A stretch of 64,000 nucleotides of DNA from the NCBI GenBank assembly GCA_964451965.1, contig CAYVKH010000014.1, forward strand, positions 1,979 through 65,978, written 5' to 3'. This DNA is from an uncultured Opitutaceae bacterium. Lineage in GTDB: Bacteria; Verrucomicrobiota; Verrucomicrobiia; Opitutales; Opitutaceae. Both the position numbers and the translations under genes were made by a program. Shown here piece by piece: positions 9,180-17,798 of the stretch. The notes below the pieces were generated by a model that was not told where the DNA came from, made no database searches, and saw only the letters and a program-made list of their open reading frames with translations. The first letter of the stretch is position 1. Each line of letters opens with the position of its first letter.

Positions 9180-11546
9180 TCATTGCCCGGGCCGGCCAAT
9201 CCGCGAGAGCATCTGGCGCGCGAGCACGTTGCCGGGCTCGAGCCTGACCGCCTCCCTTAGGTGGGCGGCCGCCTCGCGTTCCCGACCCGGTTCCTTCATG
9301 AGCGCGATGCCGAGGTCGAGATGGATGGTGGCGTTGTCCGGCATGAGGCGCAGAGCGGCCAGATACTGGGCCTCGGCCTCCCGCGCCCTGCCGAGCGATC
9401 CCAGGGCATTCCCCAGATTGCAGTGCGCCTCGCCATAGTCGGGCCTGAGCCGCAGGGCCTCTTGGAAGTGGGCGACCGCCTCGTCGAGCCGGCCGTGCTG
9501 CCTCTGCAGGACGCAACCCAGGTTGTAGTGCGCCTCGGCAAACGCAGGCCTGAGGCGCAGCGCCTCCTCGTACTGGGCGACGGCCTCATCCAGCCGGCCC
9601 GGGATCGTCTCCAGGGCGAAGGCCAGGTTGAAATGCGCCTGGACGAGGTCCGGCTTGAGACGCAGCGCGGCCTCGTACTGGGCGATCGCGTCGTTCAGCC
9701 GGCCGGGCGACCCCTGCAGCGCGCCGCCCAGGCTGTGATGGGCCTCGGCAAAGCCCGGCTTCAGGCGAAGGGCCTCCTCATACTGGGCGATCGCTTCGTC
9801 CAGGCGGCCGGGCAGCGCCTCGAGCGCACGGCCCAGATTGTAGTGGGCCTCGGCGAGGTCCGGCTTGGTTCGCAGCGCCTCCCGGAAGTGGGCGATCGCC
9901 TCGCCCGACCTGCCCGGCCGCCTCTGCAGGACGCAGCCCAGATTGTAGTGCGCCTCGGCATAGCCGGGATTCTGGCGCAGCGCCTCCTCATAGTGGGCGA
10001 TCGCCTCGTCCAGCCGGCCGGGAATTCCCTCGAGGGCGCAGCCCAGGTTGTAATGCGCCTCGGTGAGGCCGGGCTCGAGGCGCAGCGCCTCCTCATAGTG
10101 GGCGATCGCCTCGTCCAGCCGGCCCGGCCTCGCCACAAGGGCGCCCGCAAGGTTATAGTGCGCCTGGGCGTAGTCGGGCTTCAGGCGCAGCGCCTCCCGG
10201 TATTGCGCGGCCGCCTCATCCATCCGTCCGGGCGCCCGGGACAGAACGAAACCCAGGTTGTTGCGCGCCCGCTCATTTCCCGGGCGGCTGGACACGGTGT
10301 CGGCCCATATCGCCTCCTCGCTTCGGTAGGCCTCGTTTCGGTGCCAGGTGGCCCAGGAGAGGGCCGCGGCAAGCAGCAGGAAGGGCGGCAGGGACCAGCG
10401 CCCGAGCCAGCGGTAGGCCCCGGTCACGACCAGCACGACCACGGGAATGAGCGGCAGGTACATCCTGTGCTCGGCCATGGTCTCGGTCGCGACCGGGACG
10501 ATGCTGGAGCTGGGCGCCAGCAGGGCGAAGAAGCTGGCCCCAAGGAATCCGGCGCCGGGATGCTTCTTGAGCGCCCAAGCTGTCGCCGCCAGCAGGCCCG
10601 CGATCACGGCCGCGCCGGGCGCGACAAGGGAGGCCCCGGTCACGAGCGCGCTTCCGTAGTCAAAGACGAGGGGGTGCGGCCAGAAGCACAGCCGCAGGTA
10701 GTGGAGCGCCGCCGGAAGCTGGGTCAGCCCGTAGCCCCACCAGGCCACGCCGCTTCCAAAGCCGGCGGTGCCCGCCCGGCCGCGTGTCGAGAGAACCAGG
10801 AAGGCCAGGGCGAGCCAGGTGGCGGCCAGCCCTGCGTACACCCATCGCCTCCGGCGCCATGCCTCCCCGAGGCTGCCGGCAAGGAAGGCGCGGTCATAGA
10901 GGAGCACGACGAGCGGCGCGGACACCATCACCTCCTTCGTGCCCATGCCGAGGAGGCAGGCCGCGACGGCGAGGGCGAACCATGCCCGCCTCCCGGGAGC
11001 GTCCGCCTGGGCGCCTCGGATGAAACAGTACAGGGTGAGCAGGTAGAACAGTCCCATGAGCGATTCCGCGCGCTGGATGATGTAGGTGACCGATTCGGTG
11101 AGCAGGGGGTGAAGGGACCACAGGAGGGCCGCGCAGAAGGCGACGGCGGTGGCCTTCGTGCCCAATCGCGGCGCAAGCGTTCGCCGCACGATCCCGAAAA
11201 GGGCGAGGCCGGCCAGCGCGTGGACGACCAGGTTCAGGGCGTGATAGCTCCACACGGACTCCCCGCTGACGGCGTAGTTGACCGCCAGCGAAAGATTGAG
11301 GACCGGCCGGCCGCTTACGCTCGTGCCGCCCGGGGGCCAGAAGGCCGTGCCCAGGCGCCGGATCGTCGCGTTGCCGGCGATCGAGGCCGGGTCGTCAAGC
11401 AGAGGCGGGACGGAGAAGGTCCCGCTGTAGACCGCGGCCACCGCGGCAACAAGCACGGCGGCGCATGCGATCGCGGCCCGGTCCACGCCCCCGGGCGCAG
11501 CGGGGCCTGGGGCGGGGGTTCCTGCTTCGGCGGTCTTCGCTGCCAT
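9180..11546 (-). CDS. TMTC-like membrane glycosyltransferase-fold protein (GT-C/DUF1736-like N-terminus) fused to ten TPR units
   Basis: ATG at 11546. The N-terminal ~440 aa contains about ten hydrophobic segments and the motifs PPLLDDPASI, HPLLTESVTYI and ETMAEHRMYLP. The C-terminal ~350 aa is regular TPR (AHYNLG...PGRLDEAIA.YEEALRL.P). Confidence 0.8.
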   Translation of the reverse strand: MAAKTAEAGTPAPGPAAPGGVDRAAIACAAVLVAAVAAVYSGTFSVPPLLDDPASIAGNATIRRLGTAFWPPGGTSVSGRPVLNLSLAVNYAVSGESVWSYHALNLVVHALAGLALFGIVRRTLAPRLGTKATAVAFCAALLWSLHPLLTESVTYIIQRAESLMGLFYLLTLYCFIRGAQADAPGRRAWFALAVAACLLGMGTKEVMVSAPLVVLLYDRAFLAGSLGEAWRRRRWVYAGLAATWLALAFLVLSTRGRAGTAGFGSGVAWWGYGLTQLPAALHYLRLCFWPHPLVFDYGSALVTGASLVAPGAAVIAGLLAATAWALKKHPGAGFLGASFFALLAPSSSIVPVATETMAEHRMYLPLIPVVVLVVTGAYRWLGRWSLPPFLLLAAALSWATWHRNEAYRSEEAIWADTVSSRPGNERARNNLGFVLSRAPGRMDEAAAQYREALRLKPDYAQAHYNLAGALVARPGRLDEAIAHYEEALRLEPGLTEAHYNLGCALEGIPGRLDEAIAHYEEALRQNPGYAEAHYNLGCVLQRRPGRSGEAIAHFREALRTKPDLAEAHYNLGRALEALPGRLDEAIAQYEEALRLKPGFAEAHHSLGGALQGSPGRLNDAIAQYEAALRLKPDLVQAHFNLAFALETIPGRLDEAVAQYEEALRLRPAFAEAHYNLGCVLQRQHGRLDEAVAHFQEALRLRPDYGEAHCNLGNALGSLGRAREAEAQYLAALRLMPDNATIHLDLGIALMKEPGREREAAAHLREAVRLEPGNVLARQMLSRIGRPGQ
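9222..10268 (-). repeat. Intragenic tandem array: ten copies of a ~105-bp unit encoding 35-residue TPR repeats
   Basis: The DNA period is visible directly; for example ...cgcagcgcctcctcatagtgggcgatcgcctcgtccagccggcc... recurs about every 105 nt. The protein shows units AHYNLGxxLxxxPGRLDEAIAxYEEALRLxPxxAE. Confidence 0.85.
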
Positions 11547-11612
11547 GGGCTGTGGCTCCGATTCGATACGGTCGCCCGGAAGGTGACAACAAGCCTTCCT
11601 GCCTTGCTAGAG

Positions 11613-11636
11613 AAAAAGGGGGGGCTCCCGCGACCC
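11613..11636 (-). terminator. Possible intrinsic terminator after pfp
   Basis: On the minus strand, directly after the TGA, comes GGGTCGCGGGAGCCC (a short imperfect hairpin), then CCCC and TTTTT. The stem is weak. Confidence 0.3.
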
Positions 11637-12864
11637 TCAATGCCTCGCGTGCGCCTTCGGGCCCTTCGGCTGGCCGATGGCGGCCAGCATCTCGCCGAAC
11701 CAGGGCGTGTCGATGTCGAACGGCTTGCCTCCCCTGATGCGGGAGAACTCGATCGCGCGCAGGACGTTCCCGTGATCCTCATCGTGGCCGATGACGCCGC
11801 CCTCGCGCCGCAGCGCGCATTCGACGGCGAGGTCCGTGCAGCCCTTGATCAGGCGCAGGTCGTCGGGGTTGGCCGCGGCCGCGCGGGCGTAGTAGCCGCT
11901 CTTCTGCACGAGCGTCTTCTCCGCCCCGATGCTCTTCGAGAACTGCTCGCCGAACCATTTGCCGGGGTTGATCGCGTCGAGCTTGACGTGCCCGAAGGCG
12001 TCGCGCGGCACCTCGAGCCCCCTGGCGGTGAGCTCGGTGATGATCTCGTCCACCCCGGCGCCCTCCGAGATGAAGATGTTCACGTTGTCCTGCCGGTTCA
12101 TGGTCGCCTTGAGCCGCGCCGCCTCGGAGGCGAGGTCCACGTGCATCTCGGGGATGTAGATGCCGTGGAGGTCGAGCCGCTCCCTCGACAGGCCCAGGCC
12201 CGGAACGAACTCCTGGCGCGCGAGCATGCCGCGGTAGTAGCGGGCGGTGGCCGCGGTGAGCCAGCCGCAGTTCCTTCCCATCACCTCGTGCACGATCAGC
12301 ATGCGCGGATTGGCGCCGCGCTCCGCCACGACGTTCGAGAAATACCGGGCCCCCTGCTCGGCGGCGGTCCACGCGCCGAGCGACTGGAGGATCGGATACA
12401 CGTCGTTGTCGATCGTCTTGGGCAGCCCGATGACGGTGAGGGCGTAGTTGTTCTTGGCGAGGAACGCGGCAAGGTCGGCCGCGGCCGTGTTGGTGTCGTC
12501 GCCGCCGACCGTGTGCAGCACGTCGACGCCGTCCTTCACCAGCTGGTCGGCGGCGACCTGCTGCGGATTCTGGCCCTCCTTCACGAGGCCCCGCTTCACG
12601 CAGTCCTTCGTGTTGGTGAGCTTCACGCGGCTGTTGCCTATCGGGCTCCCGCCGTAGCGGTGCAGCACATGCGCCGCCGCGCGGATCTCCGGGGTGACCC
12701 TGTAGCTCTCCCCGAGGAGCAGGCCCTTGTAACCCCCTCGGTAGCAGAGGATTTCAACCTCGGGTGCGATTTCGGTGTAGCGCTCGATCAGGCCGCCGAT
12801 CGCCGAGCTGAGGCACGGGGCGAGGCCGCCCGCGGTGAGGATGGCAACTTTGCGTGGTTTCACG
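11637..12864 (-). CDS. pfp: Pyrophosphate-dependent 6-phosphofructokinase (PPi-PFK)
   Basis: KVAILTAGGLAPCLS, TVGGDDTNTAA (GGDD rather than GGDG indicates the PPi type), PKTIDND, MGRNCGW. The best start is GTG at 12864 (VKPRKVAIL). The ORF-track start at 12935 is a TTG. Confidence 0.88.
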
Positions 12865-13028
12865 GATTGGACATGGTGCGGTTCGAGTGCGAGCAGGCAA
12901 GGCCCGTCGGGTTCGCACGGGATCCCGGCCCGCAAAGTTCAAAGGTAGAAGGCCCGGCGGGCCCGATCATTAGATCGAGGAAGAGAATCCCCGGGACCCG
13001 CCGCGCTTCAAGAGGATGGGTGCCCGGC

Positions 13029-13064
13029 AGCCCGGGTCCAACCGGTGGCCCCGGGCTCTTTTTT
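13029..13064 (+). terminator. Strong orphan intrinsic-terminator-like hairpin plus U-tract in a divergent intergenic region
   Basis: agcccggg(13029-36) pairs with cccgggct(13050-57). The inner cca/tgg extends the stem, the loop is 5 nt, and cTTTTTT (13058-64) follows. There is no upstream + strand gene. Confidence 0.55.
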
Positions 13065-13153
13065 GACGGGTGTTGCCTTAGATGCCAAGATGGACTCGGT
13101 TTGGTGCCCACGGCGCGCGAACCCACGGCGCGATGGGCCCCATTCCCCTGACC

Positions 13154-14296
13154 ATGAAGACATCCCGCAAGCTCCTCATCCTGGGCCTCCTCGCCCTTGG
13201 CCTCGCAAATCCCCAGTACGGCGAGCCGGTGAACCCGGACGCGACAAAGGAGGCGAGGAACCTGCTCCAGTTCCTGGTCGACATCCAGGGGCGCTATACG
13301 CTGACCGGCCAGCACAACTTTGACGCGTCCGGCTCCAAGTACACCAACATAGTCCAGGCCATCACCGGGAAGAGCCCGATCGTCTGGGGGTCGGACTTCA
13401 GCTTTGCGTACAAGGGGGCGGAGCCGCAGAAGTTCCAGCACTGCGGCCCCATCAACCTCACGAACCCCGGCGAGCCCCTCTATTACATCGACGTGACGCC
13501 GGCGGTGGCCCGGCAGAAGATGGTCGAGACGGCAATCAAGGAGTACAAGGCCGGGCACATCATCACGCTGATGTGGCACGCTCCCCCTCCGGGCGCCGGC
13601 GACACGTGCGACGGCGCCCAGATCTGGGCTATGGACAGGCGCCCGGGCGCCAAGGAATGGCAGGAGCTGACGACGGACGGGACCCCGAGCAACCTCGCGT
13701 GGAAGCAGCAGGCCGACGTGATCGCCGGCTACCTGGCGCAGTTGCGCGAAGCCGGCGTGCCCGTCCTCTGGCGGCCGTACCACGAGATGAACGGGGTCTG
13801 GTTCTGGTGGTGCGACCAGAAGGGCGAGAACGGCTTCAAGAGGCTTTGGATCATGATGTACGACTATTTTGTCCACCATCACCACCTCGACAACCTGCTC
13901 TGGGTCTGGGACACCAATGCGCCCCGGCCCAACCCGGGCGACGAGGCCTTTGCCTACGAGGATTTCTGGCCGGGCGCGCAGTACGTGGACGTCCTTGCCG
14001 CCGACATCTACCACAAGAACAAGAGCCAGGCCCTCGATGACGGGAAGAACTACGACGACCTGGTGAAGCTCGCGAACGGGAAGCCGATCGCGATGGGAGA
14101 GGTGGGGGAGCCGCCGAGCCCCGAGATCCTCGCGCAGCAGCCGAAGTGGACCTGGTTCATGCCCTGGCCCCCGTTCGGGGCGCTTGCCAGGGACAATCCC
14201 GCGAAGCTGCGCACCCTCTATGCCGACAGGCGGATCCTGACGAGGGACGACGTCGCCATCGGGGCGGACGGAGCCTACCAGGTGCTGAGGAAATAG
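13154..14296 (+). CDS. Glycoside hydrolase family 26 (beta-mannanase-like), secreted
   Basis: ATG at 13154 (MKTSRKLLILGLLALGLA) gives a signal peptide. GH26 signature VLWRPYHEMNGVWFWW is present, with a nucleophile-region match PIAMGEVG. Confidence 0.82.
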   Translation: MKTSRKLLILGLLALGLANPQYGEPVNPDATKEARNLLQFLVDIQGRYTLTGQHNFDASGSKYTNIVQAITGKSPIVWGSDFSFAYKGAEPQKFQHCGPINLTNPGEPLYYIDVTPAVARQKMVETAIKEYKAGHIITLMWHAPPPGAGDTCDGAQIWAMDRRPGAKEWQELTTDGTPSNLAWKQQADVIAGYLAQLREAGVPVLWRPYHEMNGVWFWWCDQKGENGFKRLWIMMYDYFVHHHHLDNLLWVWDTNAPRPNPGDEAFAYEDFWPGAQYVDVLAADIYHKNKSQALDDGKNYDDLVKLANGKPIAMGEVGEPPSPEILAQQPKWTWFMPWPPFGALARDNPAKLRTLYADRRILTRDDVAIGADGAYQVLRK

Positions 14297-14309
14297 GCCG
14301 CCGGCCCGC

Positions 14310-14335
14310 GGCCCTCCCGCGCGCCGAGGAGGGCC
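14310..14335. terminator. GC hairpin between convergent genes (possible bidirectional terminator)
   Basis: ggccctcc(14310-17), a 10-nt loop, then ggagggcc(14328-35). No T-tract. Confidence 0.3.
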
Positions 14336-14339
14336 CCGG

Positions 14340-15947
14340 TCAGGGGGGTCCCGCGGGCAGCTTCTCCGCCCGGCGGCGTACCCGCGAGAGGAGGAGCCCG
14401 GCGAGAAGCATTGCGGAGCCGGCCGAGGCGACCCACGGCCCGCTGCGCAGGGCGCAGGCTGCGGCGACGGCAAGCGGCCCATCCCCGGCAGGGGCCGATG
14501 GGGTGGGCCCGTTCGGCAGGCCGCGGCGCAGCGGTCCCGGAAGCAGCGCCCGCACCTTGGCGTCGCGCAGAAGCGATATGATTTCCTCCGCGCTGCCGGG
14601 TATGTGGGGAAACTCGACGCCCCTGATCACGCCGGCATCACCGGTGGCCGTGAAGGCCTCGAGGCGCCGCTCGTGCTCGAGCGTCTGCTGGCGGAAGCCC
14701 TCGAGATAGGGCCTGTAGATCGCGCGCGAGCGCCACGCTTCCGATGCCCCGATGGCGGCGAACCAGATCGCCGCGCAGAGCCAGAGGGCGATCCGCGTCC
14801 TTCCGGCAGTCTTGAGCGCAGGAGCCATGAGGGTGACCGCCGACGCGTTGGCCACGAATCCCCAGGCGAGGACCTCCGTGTAGCGCGCGCTCACGAGGCC
14901 GCTCAAGCCCGCGCGCGACCAGGCGAGGGCACCCGCCTGAAGCAGGACCCACAGCCCAAGGCCGAGGGCAAACGGCGCAAGAGGCAGCTCCTCCCGGCGG
15001 CGCAGCGTCCATTGCAGGAGAACGAACCAGGGCGCCCAGAGGCACAGGAACCCGAGGACGTTCGGCGGCAGCGGCCACGAGGCATATGCGAGGAAGGCCG
15101 ACATCCACGCGCCGGGTCCCTGCGCATAGAGGCTCGGCATGGGTGCGAAGGGGTGCCGGGTGAACCAGCCGAGCGCGGCGATCGCCGCGCAGGCGCCGAG
15201 GAATCCCGCGCACGAACGCCACGGGCGCAGCCCTGCGAGCGCCAGGACCAGGCCCGTTCCCGCCATGGCCGCCGCCGTCAGGAACCCCGACGCCATGGTT
15301 CCCAGAAGCACCGCCGCCGCCGCCAGCGCCCCCCAGCAGCCGCGCGACCCGAGCGTGCAGCCCTCCTGCAGCGAAAGGGCCACGACCGTCCCGAGGACCA
15401 TCATGCCAAACTGGTCCTGAAAGCCCGAAACCACGTTTTCCCAGTCGCAGACCAGGAGCATCGGCAGGAAGGCCGCGGCTGCGGCAAGGCTGCCGCGCAG
15501 CCACCCCAGGACGGACCAGGCGGCCAGGCAGACCCATGCCGCCGCGGCCGACTGGAGCGCGAAGGTCAGGATCACCATGACGCGGTTGTCCCATCCGCCG
15601 TTCATCGTGACGGCGGCGAGCGAGGCGATGCGCGTCAGGACGACGCGGTGCTCGTTGTTGGCCGCGAAGAGATCGCGCAGGCCGATGTGGCCGTGCGCGA
15701 GCGGGGCGACCACGCCGGAGATCTCCGCGCTCCACTGGTCGAGATAGGGCGCCCATGAGACGTGGCCCTCGGCGATGCAGAGACGGCACCCAAGGGCCAG
15801 CACCGCGACCCCGCCGCCGGCCAGCAGGCGCGGCCCCCGGCCGGCCCCGCCCTGGCCGCGCGCGAAGCGATACGCGCAAAGGAACGAGAACAGGCAGGCC
15901 GCAAACACGAGGAACCCGGCGGCGGCGGCGCTTGCGGAGATCGGCAT
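14340..15947 (-). CDS. Large polytopic integral membrane protein, unknown function
   Basis: Full ORF with ATG at 15947, 535 aa, hydrophobic segments throughout. No catalytic motif that I can name. Confidence 0.6.
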   Translation of the reverse strand: MPISASAAAAGFLVFAACLFSFLCAYRFARGQGGAGRGPRLLAGGGVAVLALGCRLCIAEGHVSWAPYLDQWSAEISGVVAPLAHGHIGLRDLFAANNEHRVVLTRIASLAAVTMNGGWDNRVMVILTFALQSAAAAWVCLAAWSVLGWLRGSLAAAAAFLPMLLVCDWENVVSGFQDQFGMMVLGTVVALSLQEGCTLGSRGCWGALAAAAVLLGTMASGFLTAAAMAGTGLVLALAGLRPWRSCAGFLGACAAIAALGWFTRHPFAPMPSLYAQGPGAWMSAFLAYASWPLPPNVLGFLCLWAPWFVLLQWTLRRREELPLAPFALGLGLWVLLQAGALAWSRAGLSGLVSARYTEVLAWGFVANASAVTLMAPALKTAGRTRIALWLCAAIWFAAIGASEAWRSRAIYRPYLEGFRQQTLEHERRLEAFTATGDAGVIRGVEFPHIPGSAEEIISLLRDAKVRALLPGPLRRGLPNGPTPSAPAGDGPLAVAAACALRSGPWVASAGSAMLLAGLLLSRVRRRAEKLPAGPP

Positions 15948-16122
15948 GGTGATGGCAGCCCCCGGGGAATCCGCGCCCCTCGGTGCCGGCCGTGCCGCCG
16001 GCCTGCGGGGATGCTCCAGAATGGCGGGTCAAACCTTGCTTGAGGCGCCGGCCGTCTGCACGCGTTTTCTTCGGGCTCGGCCGCCCGCCCCCGAGCCGGG
16101 CCGGTCCCGTCCGCCCTCCGGC

Positions 16123-17046
16123 ATGGCGCGCCCGCGGCGCCGGCGCGCGGCACGGCTTGACTCCGGATATGGCGTCGGCGAGTTCTGGTCCGTGGAAAAG
16201 AACAGCGGGGTCCCCGAGCACGTCCTGCTAGTCGATTGCCCGGACCGGCCCGGCCTGGTCCATGCGATCACCGGCGTCCTGTTCCGAGCGGGGGCCAACG
16301 TGACCTCAAACCATGAGTTCGTCGATGCGGAGACGAAGCGGTTCTTCATGCGGACGGCCTGCGAGGGTCCCATGGACGCGGCGGCCGTCCAGGCGGCCGT
16401 GACGGCGGTCATGCCGGCGGGCTCCGCCGTGCAGTTCCGCAGGGCGGTGCCGCGCCGGATCGTGGTCCTGGCGTCGCGCGAGCACCATTGCCTCGCGGAC
16501 CTTCTCGTCCGGCACGCGTACCGCGAGCTCGGGGCGGAGCTGGTCGCTGTCGTGAGCAACCACGACGAACTTCGCCCGCTCGCGGAGAAGTTCTCGGTGC
16601 CGTTCCACCACGTGGCCCACGGGGAGTTGCGCAGGGAGGCGCACGAGGAGGCCCTGCAGGCGCTGATCGGGCCCATGAGGCCGGACTACCTCGTCCTGGC
16701 CAAGTACATGCGCATCCTGAGCCCTCGTTTCGTCGCGGAGTGGCCGAACCGGATCGTCAATATCCACCATTCCTTCCTTCCGGCGTTCGTCGGGGCGAGG
16801 CCCTACCACCAGGCGTTCACCCGCGGCGTCAAGGTGATCGGCGCGACCGCTCATTTCGTCTCGGACCAGCTTGATGAGGGCCCGATCATCATGCAGCAGG
16901 TGATCCCGATGGACCATTCCTACACGCCCCACGACCTGGCGCGGGCGGGCCGGGACATCGAGCGCACGGTCCTGGCGAGCTCCCTCAGGCTTCTGAACGA
17001 GGACCGCGTGTTCCTCTGCGCCAACCGAACGATCATCTTTGACTGA
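16123..17046 (+). CDS. purU: Formyltetrahydrofolate deformylase
   Basis: ACT-like N-terminus (LLVDCPDRPGLVHAITGVL). Formyltransferase core: IVVLASREHHCL, LAKYMRIL, NIHHSFLPAF.GARPYHQA, GVKVIGATAHFV...LDEGPII. Start is ATG 16123 or in-frame GTG 16192. Confidence 0.9.
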   Translation: MARPRRRRAARLDSGYGVGEFWSVEKNSGVPEHVLLVDCPDRPGLVHAITGVLFRAGANVTSNHEFVDAETKRFFMRTACEGPMDAAAVQAAVTAVMPAGSAVQFRRAVPRRIVVLASREHHCLADLLVRHAYRELGAELVAVVSNHDELRPLAEKFSVPFHHVAHGELRREAHEEALQALIGPMRPDYLVLAKYMRILSPRFVAEWPNRIVNIHHSFLPAFVGARPYHQAFTRGVKVIGATAHFVSDQLDEGPIIMQQVIPMDHSYTPHDLARAGRDIERTVLASSLRLLNEDRVFLCANRTIIFD

Positions 17047-17070
17047 AGCGCCGGGGGCGGCGGCCCGGCT

Positions 17071-17688
17071 TCAGCTCCCCGGGGGCGCGTTGACCTGCAT
17101 GGCGAGGTCCTGCTGGGCCTCGAGCGCCCGCCTGAGCTTCGCCTGGTCGGAGCGAACGGAGCCTATTATCGGCGCGAGGTCCAACCCGCCGCCGGGCGAG
17201 GTGTCCAGCTCGCCCAGGGCGTCGAGCAGGGAGTCGAGAGCCGCCACGGTGCTTCCGCGCGACAGCCGCATCGCCGACAGGATTGCCGGCGCCAGGGGCG
17301 TCCGCTCCGGCTGGCGTGAATCCCGCTCCTTCACCTCCGTAAAGAGCTCGGCCGAGTCCAGGCACACGAACCGGAACGCGTCGAGCAGCGCCTCCATGCC
17401 CAGCTGAAGGCGCACCACCTTCGGATCGACGTGGGCCGGGTCGAGCTTGCTCAGGGTCTGCCTGTACCGCGCGATCCGCACCACCTGGTCGGTCATCATG
17501 ATGGCGTCCCCCCGGCGCAGCATGGACGGTATCCGGGACGTGTCGTCCGCGCTCATCTGCGCGCGGACGTTCACCACCTGCTCGAGGAATGCGCGCGTCT
17601 GCCGGGCCCCGGGGCCGTCCCCCGAGCGGGAGCAGCCCCAGGCGCATGCCACGGCGGCGATCGCGACCAACTTGGCTCGGACACACAT
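17071..17688 (-). CDS. Putative lipoprotein, unknown function
   Basis: ATG at 17688 (MCVRAKLVAIAAVACAWGC) gives a lipobox. The remainder is predicted helical and unassigned. Confidence 0.55.
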   Translation of the reverse strand: MCVRAKLVAIAAVACAWGCSRSGDGPGARQTRAFLEQVVNVRAQMSADDTSRIPSMLRRGDAIMMTDQVVRIARYRQTLSKLDPAHVDPKVVRLQLGMEALLDAFRFVCLDSAELFTEVKERDSRQPERTPLAPAILSAMRLSRGSTVAALDSLLDALGELDTSPGGGLDLAPIIGSVRSDQAKLRRALEAQQDLAMQVNAPPGS

Positions 17689-17737
17689 GGGTTGGATTTT
17701 CCGATTTCCGGAGAGGCACGGCAAGGTGAATCCTGGA

Positions 17738-17758
17738 GCCCGGGGGGCGGGCCTTTTT
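17738..17758 (+). terminator. Weak orphan hairpin plus T5 in a divergent intergenic region
   Basis: gcccg(17738-42), loop ggggg, cgggc(17748-52), then cTTTTT (17753-58). No + strand gene lies upstream. Confidence 0.2.
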
Positions 17759-17798
17759 GGTGGTGACAGCGGTGGGCCGGGCGGCGAGCCTGACGGGG

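Noticed and set aside
9222-10268. A regular 105-bp repeat array that could be mistaken for a CRISPR or satellite locus
   Set aside because: The period is a multiple of three and lies inside an uninterrupted ORF. It encodes TPR units and has no unique spacers, so it is an intragenic coding repeat.
9261-13151. 1296-aa ORF on the + strand, the longest ORF in the track
   Set aside because: It runs antisense to the well-supported TMTC-like/TPR gene and to pfp. Its translation is low-complexity and Arg/Gly/Pro/Asp-rich, with no motifs. This is the typical open antisense frame of high-GC coding DNA.
15948-16122. Possible ZTP (pfl-motif) riboswitch upstream of purU
   Set aside because: GCCGGCCGUCUGCAC (about 16048-16062) loosely resembles the conserved 3' CCGnCCGCCUGGGC element. 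However, the invariant GGGC is missing, the 5' GACUGGCG-type element is only approximated (AAUGGCG), and I could not build P1/P2. An Infernal scan with RF01750 would be decisive.
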